Shown here: piece after piece, positions 1 to 15,418 of the stretch
How positions within the stretch are numbered: position 1 is the first letter of the stretch
Layout of the letters: every line of letters begins with the position of its first letter
Assembly (NCBI GenBank): GCA_050613775.1
Contig: JBODTK010000013.1
Span: forward strand, 1,364,001 to 1,428,000
Direction: 5' to 3'
DNA from: Neocallimastix sp. 'constans'
Lineage: Eukaryota
Length of the DNA stretch: 64,000 nt
Translations under genes and position numbers: made by a program
Notes under the pieces: model-generated
Seen by the model: only the letters and a program-made list of their open reading frames with translations
The model's database searches: none
What the model was told of the DNA's origin: nothing

Positions 1-3000
1 TTTTTTTTTTTTTTTTTTTTTTTAACAAATTGATGTAAATAAGGGTTGAATAAATAAAACGAAAAGTGGCTATTAAAGTTTTTTTTTTATTGTTATTAAA
101 ATTTTTACTAATAAATTCAACTCTAAATGTAAAAATTTTATTTATAGTTAAATTTATTGTAACAAGTTTTATTTTGTAATAAATTTTAAAAAAAATATTA
201 TTATATTAAAAAATAAAAAAAGAAACTTTATACAATCCACGTAATATTAAAATTCAATATGGAGATTGACTTTTATTTTAAAAGCATTAAATCAAAATAA
301 TTCGAAGAAAAAATATACTTGGCAAAGATTAAGTTCTTAATTTCTTTAAAAAGTTTATTTTATTATTATTTGTAAAATTATTATTATTACTATTATTGTT
401 TATAAAATTATCTTTATTATTATTATTATTATATATTTTTAATATAAACTTTAAATTATTATTATTATTATGTTTTTTTATGTGTATTTTTTTTGTACGT
501 TTCTTTTATAATATAACAATATAATTTTAAAAAGTTTTATATTATTGAAACTAAAAAATGTATATTTATTAACATAAAAGTTTATAACCATTTCTAAAAA
601 TTAAAAATAAAATTATTACATATATATATAAAACAATCTCCAAAAATAAATATTATATAGACAAGAGTGAAAGAAATATAATTTTAATTCTCTAAAATCA
701 TATTGAATAATAAAATTTATGAAAATATTTCTAATATTTCTTTAAAACAATTTTTCTAATAATTTCGTTGTTTAAAATCATGTTAATTATTTAAAAAAAA
801 TATATAAATAAAAAATATATATATTTCTATTATTTGAATTAAAATAATAAGGCTATATTATTTTACTGTTGAAACTCCTTTTTTATTAATTATTATTTTG
901 AATTAAATACTTAAGAGTATTATAGTTTTTTTTTTTTTTTTTTGAAATAAACATAATTGAAATTAGTTTTATTAACAATTATTCCATTCATTTGAATTTT
1001 TTTAATAAAATTTAAATTTTATTAGGTAATATTTTACGTATACATTGTAAAACAAATTCTATATTTATATTTTGACGTATATTATATATATCTCTTTCAT
1101 ATATTATATAATATTAATATTATATTCAATTACATTATAAAAAATTATTAATAAATTTTTAATAAAAAAAATAAATTATTGTAAGTACCAAAATTAACTT
1201 TGGAATTTTTTATTAATATACTATACTACATTATTTTATTATACGACCTATAATATAATATTAAATGTCGAAAATATATTCCTATTTAAACGTTATTTTT
1301 AAATGAAGCTTTGTTTTGCTTTTCTATATATGGTAATTAATAAAAATTGTGTAAAAAAAGAATCAGAATAATAAATATAAATTTTTTAATGGAATATATA
1401 TAAATAATTTAATTAATTTTTAAGTTTCATTTAATTATTAATATATAAAGAAAAATAATATTTAAGTTGTTTGTATTTGAATGAAAAATATAATTCTAAC
1501 CCTTATTAACAATATCTATAAAATATACGTATTGTAACTAATTAAAACAGAAAAGTTTTTCAACCAAAATTGATAGAAGAATAATAAGTTCGGAATAAAA
1601 ATAAAAAATAAATTATTTATATATAAATTTATTTCTTTAACTAATTGAATAATGGATCAACCATTTAAATTTTTTTAAAAAAGTATATATTAAACATAAA
1701 AAATGTAAAATAAATTATGTATTCTTTTTAATACAATACATTTTTTTGAATAATGTTATAAAATTTTTATACAATATTTTTTTTGAAATATTTATATATG
1801 TATTTTTTTTATTTCCTAGTTTTTTTGTTATTTTTTTTTTTGTGTACAATTTTAATAAAAATATACTTTAATTTACTACTTATTAATAATGAAAAATGTT
1901 ATTGTCATTTCATTAACATTTAGGTGTAAATACTGACAAAAAATTTTAATTAGAATATGCTAAATAAATATAATTTTGTAATTTGAAAAAACAATATTTT
2001 AACTTTTTTTTTTTTTTTTACATCATTTTAAATTTTTTTTATGCAAAACGAATGGTATTTATTAACTTTTAACTCAATATTTTAATCGCAAAGTTGTTTT
2101 TTTTTGTTTATTTGTTTATTTGTTTTTATTTTATTTTATTTTTTTTTTTTTTTCAAATTATGATTTTAAATTTTAAAAATTATTATTTTATTTTTTTTTT
2201 TTAATATCATAAGTTATTTTTAAACTTTATATTATTTTAATTTTTTTCCTTAACCTTTTTATTGTATTATATTATTTTATCTATTATTTATTTATTTATT
2301 TATTTAGTAATATTTTATAATTTTATAGCTTTATTTTAATATTTTATCAATATTATAAATATAATAGAAATTATAGCCAGTATAATCATTCTGTTTTATA
2401 TATGTATATGTAAAAATCTTCATTTTGACTGATTTAATCATTACCAAAAATAAATAAAATTTAATGTAAAAATTATTCTAATAATATAAAGCATGGTAAA
2501 AATTGGAAATATAAACAAACTTAAATATTTATTAAATTTTAAAATATATTAAAAAAACAAAAAAAAATTTTTTTTTGATAAATTTCTAATTTTAGTAATA
2601 CAATATATAAAGTACAATAAATAATTAATGTACATTAATTATCAAAAAAAAACTATATATATATATAAATATATTTCTGTAAAATTTAATATTTTTTTTA
2701 CGTAAAGCGTTTGTAATTTTAATCAAAATTTACTAATCATTTATTAGAATTGATAATGTTCTATTTAACCTTTTTTTTAATGTAAAAAAAAAAAAAAAAG
2801 TTAACATTATTTAGTAATTTTAATCAATTTATGAAATAGTTTATTCTATTTCATATATTGATTAAATTTTACCAAATTATATATTATATAGTCTAACGAA
2901 AAAAAAATGAAAAGACTATAAATACTTATTTTTAACAATGCATAAATTGTATAACTATCCAATATATAAATATCAAACATACTATATTTCTATGTCTTTT

Positions 3001-4201
3001 AAAATTTTAATATTTTAAATTTATATATATATATACATATATATATATTTTAGGTGTCCTATTATCCTTGTCGTTTGGTTATTTTAGTTTAGTTCCAATA
3101 TAAAAAAAATCGTTATTATAGTTTACTTCTTTCCATTATTAATAATTAATTATTATTATAATTTTTGATTTGTTCTTTGTATCATTTTTATCTTTTAATA
3201 TATGAGAATTGAATTACTTTTTTTTATTTCTAATACATTAAATAGTATTAATAAATATGAATATTTTCTTTTCTATTATTAGTTAATCTATTCTTTAATA
3301 GAATTATATAACTAATTATAATTATAATGTATTATATTATACTTTACCTGATTATAATATATTAAAAATTAAAGATAATTAGAATATATAATATTTATTA
3401 CTCGTAATATATTATTCCTTTTATTTAAAAAATTAATATAATATAATAAATTTTTATAATTAAATAATTAATTATATAATTAATTATATAATTATAATTA
3501 AATTTCGTGCTTTTTTTTTTTTTTTTTTTTTTTTTTGTATCGTCATAAAAATATTTTATTTTTAATTTAAAATAATAGATTGATATTTAATTGGTTAATC
3601 TTATATTATAAAATTTAAATAAAAATTTTACCATATGTGGAAAATAAGAGAAAAAAATATACCAAAAAAGAAATCTCATATTAAAATGATACATATAAAT
3701 CATAAATTAATGGATAAAAATTTTAAATAATGTGAAATATGTATTTATATAGACATAATAAATATAATAAACAATTTTAAATAGATTTATATTTCTATTA
3801 TATACTTATTAATATATTTCATAAATTCAATAGTATATATTTATATTATTACTAAATATAATAATTATGATAATTATCAATTTAAAAATAAATTGAAATT
3901 ATTTAAATAAAAGTATGTTTTTTTTTTTATAAAATTTCAATTTTTAACTGTAATAAATAAATTATAATAAATAACCTTAACAATAATAAGAAAACAATAT
4001 ATTCCATTACATTTAGTAAAGATAAAATGCATAATTGTAAAATATAAAATAATAATATAAACTATTTATAATATATAATAATTAATAAATAACAATTTGG
4101 AAATAATAATTATTATATAATAATTTAAGATTTATATTAAAGTATTCATCAAGATATCCTAAAAATTGAAGATTTTATAAATTTAAAATTGCTCGAACGA
4201 T

Positions 4202-4408
4202 TGAAATATATAAAAAATAAACTTCAAATGTATTGAAACATATTGTAATATAAATAATGTATAAGCCACAATATTATTAAATAAAAACTTTTAATTTAAA
4301 ATAATGAAGTGACAGTCCAATTCTTAATCATAAAAATGTATTGTAAAAAAGTGTACATTTTAAGAATTTCAAATATAAAAATTTTAAGTTTTCCTCATAG
4401 AATCAACA
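4202..4408 (+). mobile_element. Degenerate LTR relic related to the LTR at 55547-55739
   Basis: Shares cttcaaatgtatt.aaa.atattgtaatata..taatgtataagccacaat and collinear downstream sequence with about 55560-55710; possible ...tcaaca end at 4408. Confidence 0.6.
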
Positions 4409-5608
4409 AAAAAATATATATATATATATAAATAAAAAAAATAATTATGTGGAAAAGTATAACTCAATATTTTTGAATTCTTTAAAAATTAATATATATA
4501 TATTTATATGTAATTTTAATATTGTATTTTGATATATCGTAGAAAAAAAAGCAAAACAAAAAAAAAAACAAAACAAAAGCAAAACAAAAAAAAAATTTAT
4601 AATCGATCTAAAATAAATTATTTTATTAGAGATGTTATAATGTTTAAATACATTTATTTCTTTTTTTATTTATTTATTTATTTATTTTTGATCTTAAATA
4701 ATAATTTTAATACATTTATTATTAAATATATAAATTAATACTTAATTATTTACAATATTTCTTTATTAAAATCCATATAGATTCAAGGATTATTAAATAA
4801 AATTATTTCATTATTATTTTTTATTTTTTTTTAATAAGTAAGAATTATCATCATTTTATTAAATTATTATTATTATTCGTTATAATCTTTAATATTATAT
4901 ATGAAATTATTATTAAAAAAAAATGTTCAAATCTAATAAATTTCGAATAATTTTGTAATAAATAAAGTGATTATTTAATATACAATACGTTTATTAGTAT
5001 AATTATCAATACTTTATAGTAAAATTAGTAACTAAGGTTTTTTTTTTCAACTAATTCAATCAATTATTATATTATGTAGAAAAGGAAAAAAATATTGCAT
5101 TAGGTTATTATTATTATTTTATTCATTTATTTAAATAAAAATAAAATAACTTCAGTATTTAATTTTGATAAGAATTAAACTGTTTTTTTATCATTTTTTT
5201 TTATTATTATTTTTTTTGATCTATTATGATAATTTTTTTATACTTTCATAATTATATGAATTGTACTTTCTAATGAATTTTAATCAATAATAAAAACAAA
5301 TTATTAGTATATATATATATAAATAAATAAATAAATAATATAATACAACCTTAAAAAAATTTGAAACAAATATTTAGAAAAAAAAAACTTTTTTTTTTTA
5401 AATATTAGTATTGTATCGTATCATATTTGTATCGTATCTATAAAGATATATAATATTTTTATTTTATAAAATAATAATACAAATAAATCATTCCTATCCA
5501 GAAAAATATTTATTAATTATTAATAAATAATTTAATTTCAAATTTTTTATAAAATAAACGATGTTAAGACAAATTAATATTATATGTTGAAAATAATGTA
5601 ATGTAATG

Positions 5609-5648
<40 letters not shown>

Positions 5649-6116
5649 TTATACATACATATACATTTATATATCTATTTTTATAAATTATATAATTATT
5701 TTATGCATGATATTAACCAATTAATGTCCTTATCAATACTGTGTTATTACGAACACTGGTTAAAATAGATTATAATGATAATAATATATATATATATTTT
5801 TTTTATAATTTATATACTTTTATTTAATCAATTCTATAATAATTATTTGAATTACGTATGAATTAAAATAATTTTTTATATACTTTTTAATAGTAAGTCA
5901 AAAAATTTTAAAGCTAATTAAAACCAAAGTCATTTAATAGTTTTGTTATTATTCTTGTTATTTTAAGTTTTTTTTTAATTATTCATTATTATAAAGTTTC
6001 AAAACATCTTAATTGTTAACAAAAAAAAATTATGGAAAAAAAAGAAAAAAAAATATAAAAATAAAAATATTATAAAATGAATTAAAAAAAATTTTTTAAG
6101 TTTAATTAATTTATAA

Positions 6117-6160
<44 letters not shown>

Positions 6161-7825
6161 AGAAAAATGATAAAAATGATGAAATGATGGTATTTATTGG
6201 TAGGTATGCTTTAGTGTTATAGAACAATAGTATAATTAAATATTCAATATATAATTCTGTTTAAACCTTATAGACATTTCATTTTCCATGTTATTTAATT
6301 GAATCTTAATTAATAAATAAATAAATAAAAAAAACTTTATTCGTTTTATAATAAAAAAATTATAATATTATTATTATTATTTTTTTTTTTTGATGTTTAA
6401 AAATGAAATTTTCAATAAAAGCTTTTTATGGTTATATAAATAATAATTATTTAAAATATAATTTATATATAATTAAATCTAATAAATATAATAACTAAAT
6501 AAATTGCATGATGTATACATTAAATATAATGAATAATTTAACCAAAAATTATGTATACATTTAAAACATTAATTACATTAATTGTATCATACATCAAAAA
6601 AGAAAAATATAAATAATATATCTATTTTTTTTAATTTTTAATTTAAACCTAATGTAATATTAAATAAAAATAAATAAAAGGTAAAGTATTGAAATATATT
6701 ACATGACTATTGGATAGTTTTATTGTTAATAATTACTGATTGATTTAACATTATTAATACATACATTTTAGTGATATAATTAAAAAAAAAAAACAATTTA
6801 ATATAAAAGTTAATTATATATTAAATTGTTTTTTTTTAATCAGAAAAAATATTTATAATAAAAGAAAAATATAATTAAAAATACATTTAAAAATACATTT
6901 AAAAATACATTTAAAAATATACTTAAAAATATACTTTAAAAAAAAAAAAACTTTTCCATCTTCTTTTTTTTTTTTTATATGAATTTTAAAACGTTTCATA
7001 TAAAAAAATAAATGTATCTAGACATAAAATAAATGAATAAATATATTATATATATAAAAGTTTAAAATGCATTTAATATATGAATAAAATTTTTGATATA
7101 TACTTTTATTAATATTATAATTATTATTATTTAATATATTTTAATAATTTTATATAAGCTTTTATTATTATTATTATTTTATTATTATAATTATAATATA
7201 ATTATTAAAATTTAAGATATATATTTTAATAATTAAATAAAATAAAAATAAAATAAAATAAAATAGAAAAAAAAAAAAAAAACTTTCATAAAGTTTTATT
7301 CTATAATTCATATAAAGTTTTTTTGGATAAATTATTTAAGCCTTAAGAAACAATTATTTAAAAATAAAACTAGTTTTATATTTCTTTTCAATTTTTACTT
7401 TTCTTTTATTTACCCTGTTTTTTTTTTTTTTTTTTTTTTTTGTTCGAGTTTAATAATAGTATACAATTTTCAATTATTATATATATTCAGTTAATTATTA
7501 TATTTAAATATATATATTTTTTAGATATTTATAGATATTAACAATCGAAATTCCAATTAATTATGCATAAGCTAATATATAATTGTATATATTAAAACAT
7601 TAAGACAGTAAATTATAATATAGTATTAATCTTAATTTTAATTTATCATTTATATCGTAAGATTATCTTTTAAAATTCTTTAATATATTATAACTAATAC
7701 TTTGATTTTTTTTATTGTATAAAAAAAAATAGTATAGCTATTATTCAAAATTTGTTGTTTATTAACAAGTCCATTATATAATTAATAATTCATTTTATTT
7801 AGTTTATATACCGTTCATGATTTTC

Positions 7826-7870
<45 letters not shown>

Positions 7871-8192
7871 TTTATTTCTATTATAATATTTAAAAGTATT
7901 TAATTTAAAAACTTTTTTTTTCTATTTGAAAAAAAAAAAATATCTACATAAATTTTAATCAATTTAATCATACTTCAATAAATTAATAAATTAAACTATG
8001 TATGTGTAGATTAATTTATTTTATTTTATTATAATTCATTTAATTATAAATTAATTTTTTTTTTTACATTTAATAATAATTAGTTTATTTTATGTATATA
8101 CTTTACAAAAATTTTGTTACAGTAAACACAGTAAACAATTAAATTTTTGTAAATGAAATGTAACAAGAATGTATAAAATAAAATATGAAAAC

Positions 8193-8226
<34 letters not shown>

Positions 8227-8820
8227 TATTGAACATAGTATTTTTTTTATTATTTATTCAAATTCATATTGAAACACATTTAAGATATCAGTAAGAATTT
8301 ATAATTGAATGATAAAATATTCAATCTTTCATAAAAATATATTATAAAACGGTTTAATAAATATTATATAAATGTTCATTTTTTTACTTTTTTATATAAT
8401 AAATATAATAAATTTTTTTTTATTTTTTATTATTTTTTTTTTTTGCAGTATTTCAAATATTTCAAGTTTAAAAAAAAAAAAAAAAACATAATCCATAGTA
8501 ATAAATAATGTATTAAACTATTTTAATATTAATATGTATTCTATTTTAAATTTTTAGTGACCATTTTATTAATTAATTAATTTATTGATAATGTAAAAAT
8601 TTATTACTAAAAAAATGCTTGATATAATTTGATATAATAATATGTATATAATGGTAAATGTTTATAATAATGGGTTATTTTATAATATATAAAAAATACT
8701 AAATCGATTAATTATACAAATAATAATTAGATTTTTAATGCCAAATAGTTTTATTAAAAACCAAATTTATAGTTATATTTTAAAAAAATATATTTTAATA
8801 ATTTAGTTAAAATTTAATTT

Positions 8821-8990
8821 TATCATTGTTATTATGAAATAGAAATAATAATATTTATAAAGAAGCTATTTTATATATTATCATTGCTATTATAGTATAG
8901 AGATAGTAATATTTATAAAGGACTATTTTATATTATCATTATTATTATAGTATAGAAATAGTGATATTTATGAAGAAACTATTTTATATT
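8821..8990. repeat. Degenerate ~56-bp tandem repeat, 3 copies
   Basis: tatcattg.tattat...atagaaata.t.atatttat.aag.a.ctattttatat repeated three times. Confidence 0.7.
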
Positions 8991-9149
8991 AATATTAATT
9001 ACATAAAATAGTAATTATTATGTTTGTAATATCAAATACTATTATTAAAAACCTGATTTATAATTTTAATTAATAAAAATATATTTTGTTGTTTTAGTCA
9101 ATATTTAGTTTCTTTTTTATATTAGAATAATAGTAATAATTGTAAGTAA

Positions 9150-10366
9150 CTACATTATTTGGTGATTACAGATTTGTGTTAACTTCGTTCTTCAGCTCTT
9201 AAAACACACTACATAGCTTTAGTAATGTTATACTCTAGATTCGATGTAAAATTGTATATATAAGGGATTTTTTATCTATGATAACTTCAAATTTATAAAT
9301 ACTAGAAGTTTATTCAAGCTCAGCTTTGAATACCCTCATTTAAGTTTAGGTTTTATCTGGTTCTTAAGATTAAGATCTGGTTACAAATTCAATACCACTA
9401 TTGCAATTAGAAGTAGTAGAGTTTCTGACGATTGTCCTAAATTCTGCCCTTACTGTGGAAAAGGCTAACAATCATTTATCCATTAGATATTTGAATGCTC
9501 TACCTTTTCCTTATGTCGATGTAAATCTTTAGGTTTTATCGATGATTTATTCATTATATTTTTCAATAAAGTAAGGAATCTTCCCGTACTTCCTTCTTAT
9601 TCTAATATTTTAGAATATGAAAATTTCTTAAACAGGTATATTTTTATATTCCTTCTTGGTGGAATTTCAGCTTTAGATGAGCTACAATTCAATACTAGGG
9701 AACGGAGACATTTAAGTGAACAACTCCTAAATAGTTCACAGGGGTCTATTGTTCCGTATATTGTGGGGCTTTCAGAATATTTTTCTAATACAATACCAAT
9801 CATCAGTAGCTCTCTTGAGTTACTTTTTTGAGAGGTTTAGCAAAAACACTTTCATTACCAAGAGTGCCGACGTCGTATCGATATGGCAAAAGAATAGTGC
9901 ATTTAGAAGTCCTGTTATTTCTCATCAATACACATTTACTGAACCTATAGTAAGAAATTCAACTTTTGATGGTCTTTCTTGTGGTTCAGGGGAGAGTTTA
10001 ATGGATACCACACTATCTATTTTAAAGATGTTATTTCTTTGTTTTATTACCTTTAGATTTAACTGGTGATCATGTTACTACACATAGTATACATCCCACC
10101 GAAATTTTTTTAACTTTTGAACTTATTTTTTTTTATTCTTTATTACATTAAATTTTCTTTGATTAATTAAGATTTGTTTGTGCTTAATTTTATTTCTTTG
10201 TTTTATTTAATCTTCTACATATATATATATATATATTTTATCTTTTAATTATACAATGTATTTTTTATTTATTAAATGTAATACATAATAATATTTTAAT
10301 CTATTTAATAAAGTACTGGAAACGTATTCTCCTCCTAGTCTATAAAAAAAAAAAAAAAAAAAAAAA
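9150..10366 (+). mobile_element. 5'-truncated, degenerate non-LTR (LINE) retrotransposon 3' end
   Basis: Manual translation FKLSFEYPHLSLGFIWFLRLRSGY...CPKFCPYCGKG*QSFIH*IFEC is collinear with ORF 63056-63829 (CCHC knuckle); in-frame stops; poly(A) at about 10343-10366. Confidence 0.8.
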
Positions 10367-11045
10367 GAGATTTTTTAACTTATAAGTATTAACAAAATAC
10401 AAAATAATAGTATTATAAAATATATAAATCAGATATAATAATCAATATTTATTAAATATTTTTATTATCCTTATGTTTTAAAAAGCCCTTATAAATCTTT
10501 ATTCTAATCTTTTAAGATTTTTTATTATTAAAAATTAATTTAATAATAAGCCAATAATTTTTTTTCAAAGTAAATTATAATTTAATAGACTTACATAGAG
10601 GTAAGATAGAAATATACTGGTAATAAATGATGGTTAAACATAAAATAAATTAAAAATTTAATTAAGCATAAAAGAAATAATTTTTACTGGCTTATCAAAG
10701 AATGGAGAATAATAATAAAAAAAAAATACAGTAAAATTAATATAACAGATAAAAAAATTTAATTATTAAAAATTTATGATTTTTTAATTTTAAATATATC
10801 GAAAAAAAAAAAAATAAAAATAAAAATAAAATTTTAATTTTTTTTTTATTTCATAATTAAGATAAATTGTAATAGAAGAGAATAAAGGTTTATTTTATTT
10901 CTATATTATAGATATTGTATTAAAAGATAAATAAATGAAATTATGTATTTTTAAATAAATATAAAAATTTTTATTAAACATAAAAATTTTAATTTTATTT
11001 TCAAAATTTATATCACCATCTAATTTTAAAAATTTCAGTTTTAAA

Positions 11046-11484
11046 ATGTCTTTATCATTATCTACCAATTACCTTGCCTCATCTACTTTATTTGAATTTT
11101 CAAAAAAGATAATTCCACCTTTAACTCATGAGCTTCATAAGGGACAATCAGGTATAAAAAAAAAAAAAAGTATAATTTTACAAATAAATATATTATAAAT
11201 TTAAAGAGTAATTTATATTGGAATTAAATATTCATTTATAAGATATATAATAAATATATTATTGAATACATATTTAAGTTAAAAAAATCCTTTTTTTTTT
11301 TTTTTTTAAAAAAAAAAGAGTTAAAAAAAATATATTTTTATGTATATAATCCAATTTTTTTTTTTTTTTTTTTTTGTATATATAAATATTAATAATCATA
11401 AATGATGATTTTAAGAGAAATTGAAAAAATTAATTGATTAATTGTTATATATAAATGAGTGAATACTATTAATTTCGAAAAATC

Positions 11485-11515
<31 letters not shown>

Positions 11516-12842
11516 TAATACATACATGTATATTTAAATTATAAATATTTAGGAAGAATTGCTGTAATTGGGGGAAGTGAAGAGTAAATGTTTAATAATA
11601 TAAATTATTTTTATATAATTATATAATTATTGTTATATATATATATATTTATTTTAATGCTTATTTTCGATATATTCGAAAAATTATTTACACATATCAA
11701 TACATTTTCTTTCATTTCAACTAACATCATTTCAATCAACATCTTTTTTTTTAATGTTATAAAAAATTCGAAAAATTATTTACATATATCAATACATTTT
11801 TTTTCTTTTTCATTTCATTTCAATTAACAACTTTTTTTTTTTTCTCTTTTTTTTACTGTTATAAAGATATACAGGTGCTCCATACTTTTCTGCTATGTCT
11901 TCTTTAAAACTTGTAATTAACAATTAAATTCATTATTAAATATATAAAAATGTTCATTTTTAGTAATTTTACTTAATGGTTTAATAATATTAAATGATAA
12001 CACTACTTTCTTATAAACATATTAAATTCATAAATATATTTAATATTTAATTTCAAAGGGTGCTGATTTAGCTCATGTTTTCTGTGAAAAGAAAGCTGGT
12101 GTTCCAATTAAGGTGTGCTTTTTTTTTTTTTTTTTTTTTTTTTTTATATATTTTTCTAAATAAATATAATAATGTATCAAATATTTTGTATAAATAAGTA
12201 TAATTAATAATATTAATATTTAATAAATATCATTTTAAATATTAATCGATTTTTTTAATATATATATTTTTATTAAATATTTAGAGTTATTCTCCAGAAC
12301 TTATTGTTCATCCATACTTACAAAGTTTAGAGTATTATATATATTTATATTTATATATTTTACATTGATATTTAGAGATTGATCATATGAAAAAATAACA
12401 TTTTTTTAATTAAATAATATATATATATATTATTATTATTAAATACTTTTTATGTAACATATTATAATCAACATATAAAAAGACGTCTTAAAAAGAATAA
12501 TGCAAATGATATTGATGCTAAAATTAATGAAATAGTTGAAAAAGTTTCAGCTATTTTCCCAAGATTACATGTTTTAGTTATTGGTCCGGGCTTATCAAGA
12601 GATCAAGGTTTAATTACCACAGTTGAAAAAATTATTGAAAAAGCTAAAGAAGTTAATTTACCATTAGTTATTGATGCTGTAAGTTTTTATTAAATTTGTT
12701 AAATTTTAATTACTAAAAATTTATAATTATCGTTATTATTATTATTATTATTATTATTATTTTCTTATTTAATATATATTTTATATTTATATAAATAAAT
12801 TATATTATTTATTATATATTATATATTATGTATATATAAATA

Positions 12843-12876
<34 letters not shown>

Positions 12877-14104
12877 TTTCTTTATAAAAATATTATTTTT
12901 TTATGATATTTATTGAACATAATTGTATGATTAATAAATATATTAATTTATAATAAAAACAAACAAATAATGATATTACTATTCAACTACTACTACTTAC
13001 TACTACTAATAATAAAAAGGATGGTTTATTTATTATTCAAAATAATCCTGATCTTATTAAAGGATATAAGCCTGCAATTCTTACTCCAAATGTTGTTGAA
13101 TTCAATCGTTTGTGTAATAAGATGGTACAAATTATTATAAATTTTTATTTAATTAAAACATATTTAATATATTTATTAAAAAAATTTTTTTTGTTAATTT
13201 TTTTGATAAGATTTTATTATATATTAATACTAATTATATTGATGTAATATTATATATGTATATATATAAATTATTTGTTTTATTTGGTGATAATTCTAAT
13301 GTAAAAAGAAAATTGGAAATGATACTACTAGAAAATATCAAATTGCCTCTAAATTAAGTCAAGAACTTGGTAATGTTACTATTGTTCAAAAGGGTTCTAC
13401 TGATTTAGTTACTAATGGAAAAACTAGTAAGGAAAAAAAAAAGTTATAGATATAGATATTATTATTTTTCATAAAATAATAATCTTATTTTATATTTGAT
13501 TATTTATTTATTTATTTATTTATTATTATTCTTATATAATATTAGTTTATACATGTGATACTCGTGGTAGTGTTAGAAGATGTGGTGGTCAAGGTGATGT
13601 TTTATCTGGTGCTATTGCTACTTTCTATGCATGGGGTAAATGTTATCAAAGCAAAAATTGGAGGTAAATTAATTTTACTTTACAACTACAATTATAAAAT
13701 TATTTTAATCGATATATTGTTATTATTACTATAATTAATAATAATGTAGTAACTATCTTTTATTGTTATTGCCATAATTATTATTTTTTTTATTTTATTT
13801 TATTTAAATATATATATTTTATTTTTTTAATTTTTTTTTTTTTTATTACTTTTTTTTTTTTTTCTACTAAAATTTTATTAGTCATCCAGAAGAACCTGCT
13901 TTTGGTTCTGATTTTGATGAAAAGATTCCAATGTTAGCATCTTGGGCTGGTTGTTATATTACAAGAAACTGTTCTTGTGCAGCTTTTGAAAAATATGGAC
14001 GTTCAATGACAGCAACTAATATGGTTGAATTAATTGGAAGTGTTTTTGAAAATACTTTTGAAGAAAAAGATGAAAAATTTAAGAAATTTAAAAATAAGAT
14101 ATAA
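11046..14104 (+). CDS. NAXD: ATP-dependent (S)-NAD(P)H-hydrate dehydratase (YjeF C-terminal/CARKD), 10 exons
   Basis: Spliced by eye using GT-AG introns (exons about 11046-11151, 11553-11583, 11867-11912, 12059-12112, 12285-12331, 12483-12678, 13020-13124, 13309-13427, 13545-13663, 13882-14104). Gives [97 protein letters not shown] at 14102-14104. Confidence 0.95.
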
Positions 14105-14227
14105 AAATACTATACTTAAAAAACAAAATTAAATAATCAAAAAAAAAAAAAAAAAAAAAAAAAAGGAATTTAAAATATTTTTGAAAAAAATAGTTTTCCC
14201 AAACAGTACAAAAAAAATAAAAAATAA

Positions 14228-14269
<42 letters not shown>

Positions 14270-14713
14270 TTATTAGCAATATTGTTAAAAGAGAGAAACC
14301 AAAATAAAATAAAAAAAACAATTTTTTTTTTCTTCTCTAAATATCATTAATCTTAATATATGTAGATATATATTTGTATTATTTAATAAGTTCTCACTAT
14401 GTATATTTTTATATGTATGTATATATTTATATATATTTAAAATCTATTAGATAAATTAATATTCTTTTTGATAAATAAAAAATTTAAACAAATTTATTTT
14501 ATTTTTTTTTAAAAAAAAAATAAATGCAAAAAACAATCATAAATAAAATCGAAATATTTAAATATTCAACCATTTATTATAATGTAGTAAAAAAAAATAA
14601 ATAAATAAATTAATAAATAAAAAATAAAATAATAAATATATAAAATTGGAATTTATTATAATACATTAAAGAAAATAGAATAATATAAAATCAACCGAAC
14701 CTAAAAATAAATA

Positions 14714-14744
<31 letters not shown>

Positions 14745-14836
14745 TAATTAAATAAAAACATTTATAAAAAAAATAATCATAATCATTCATAAAAAGAGTA
14801 AATTTGATTTTGATTTTAAAAATTTATTGAATATAT

Positions 14837-15079
<243 letters not shown>

Positions 15080-15418
15080 TGTTAAAGTATTAAATAATAT
15101 AAATAAATAAACTTAACAATTTAAGTTTATAATTAAATAATAGAAAATATAAATCATAAATATTTATGTAAAAACTAAACTTAAAATGTAAATTAACATT
15201 ATTTATGTTAATACATAATTAAATGTAAATCATTAAATTTATCATGCGCATGTAAATAATCTCTTTATTCTTGTTTATTCACGTGAAATAATAATATAGT
15301 TTATATAAAAATATTTGTTTATTCTTTAGACGAAAATTCGCGACTTTCGTCAATATAATATTTTATAATAAATAAATAAATGTATGAATAATTAATAATT
15401 AAATAAATTTCTTTAATA
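15080..15418 (+). repeat. 5' LTR (TGTTAAAG...CTTTAATA)
   Basis: No differences from 20931-21269 on by-eye comparison; imperfect terminal inverted repeat; TATATAAA at about 15302. Confidence 0.95.

Noticed and set aside
6878..6937. 12-bp ttaaaaatacat tandem repeat as a telomere-like seed
   Set aside because: Only about 5 degenerate copies, internal, and not G-rich
1..9100. Possible centromere or origin in the long gene-free AT-rich stretch
   Set aside because: Composition resembles other intergenic DNA in this window; no diagnostic feature
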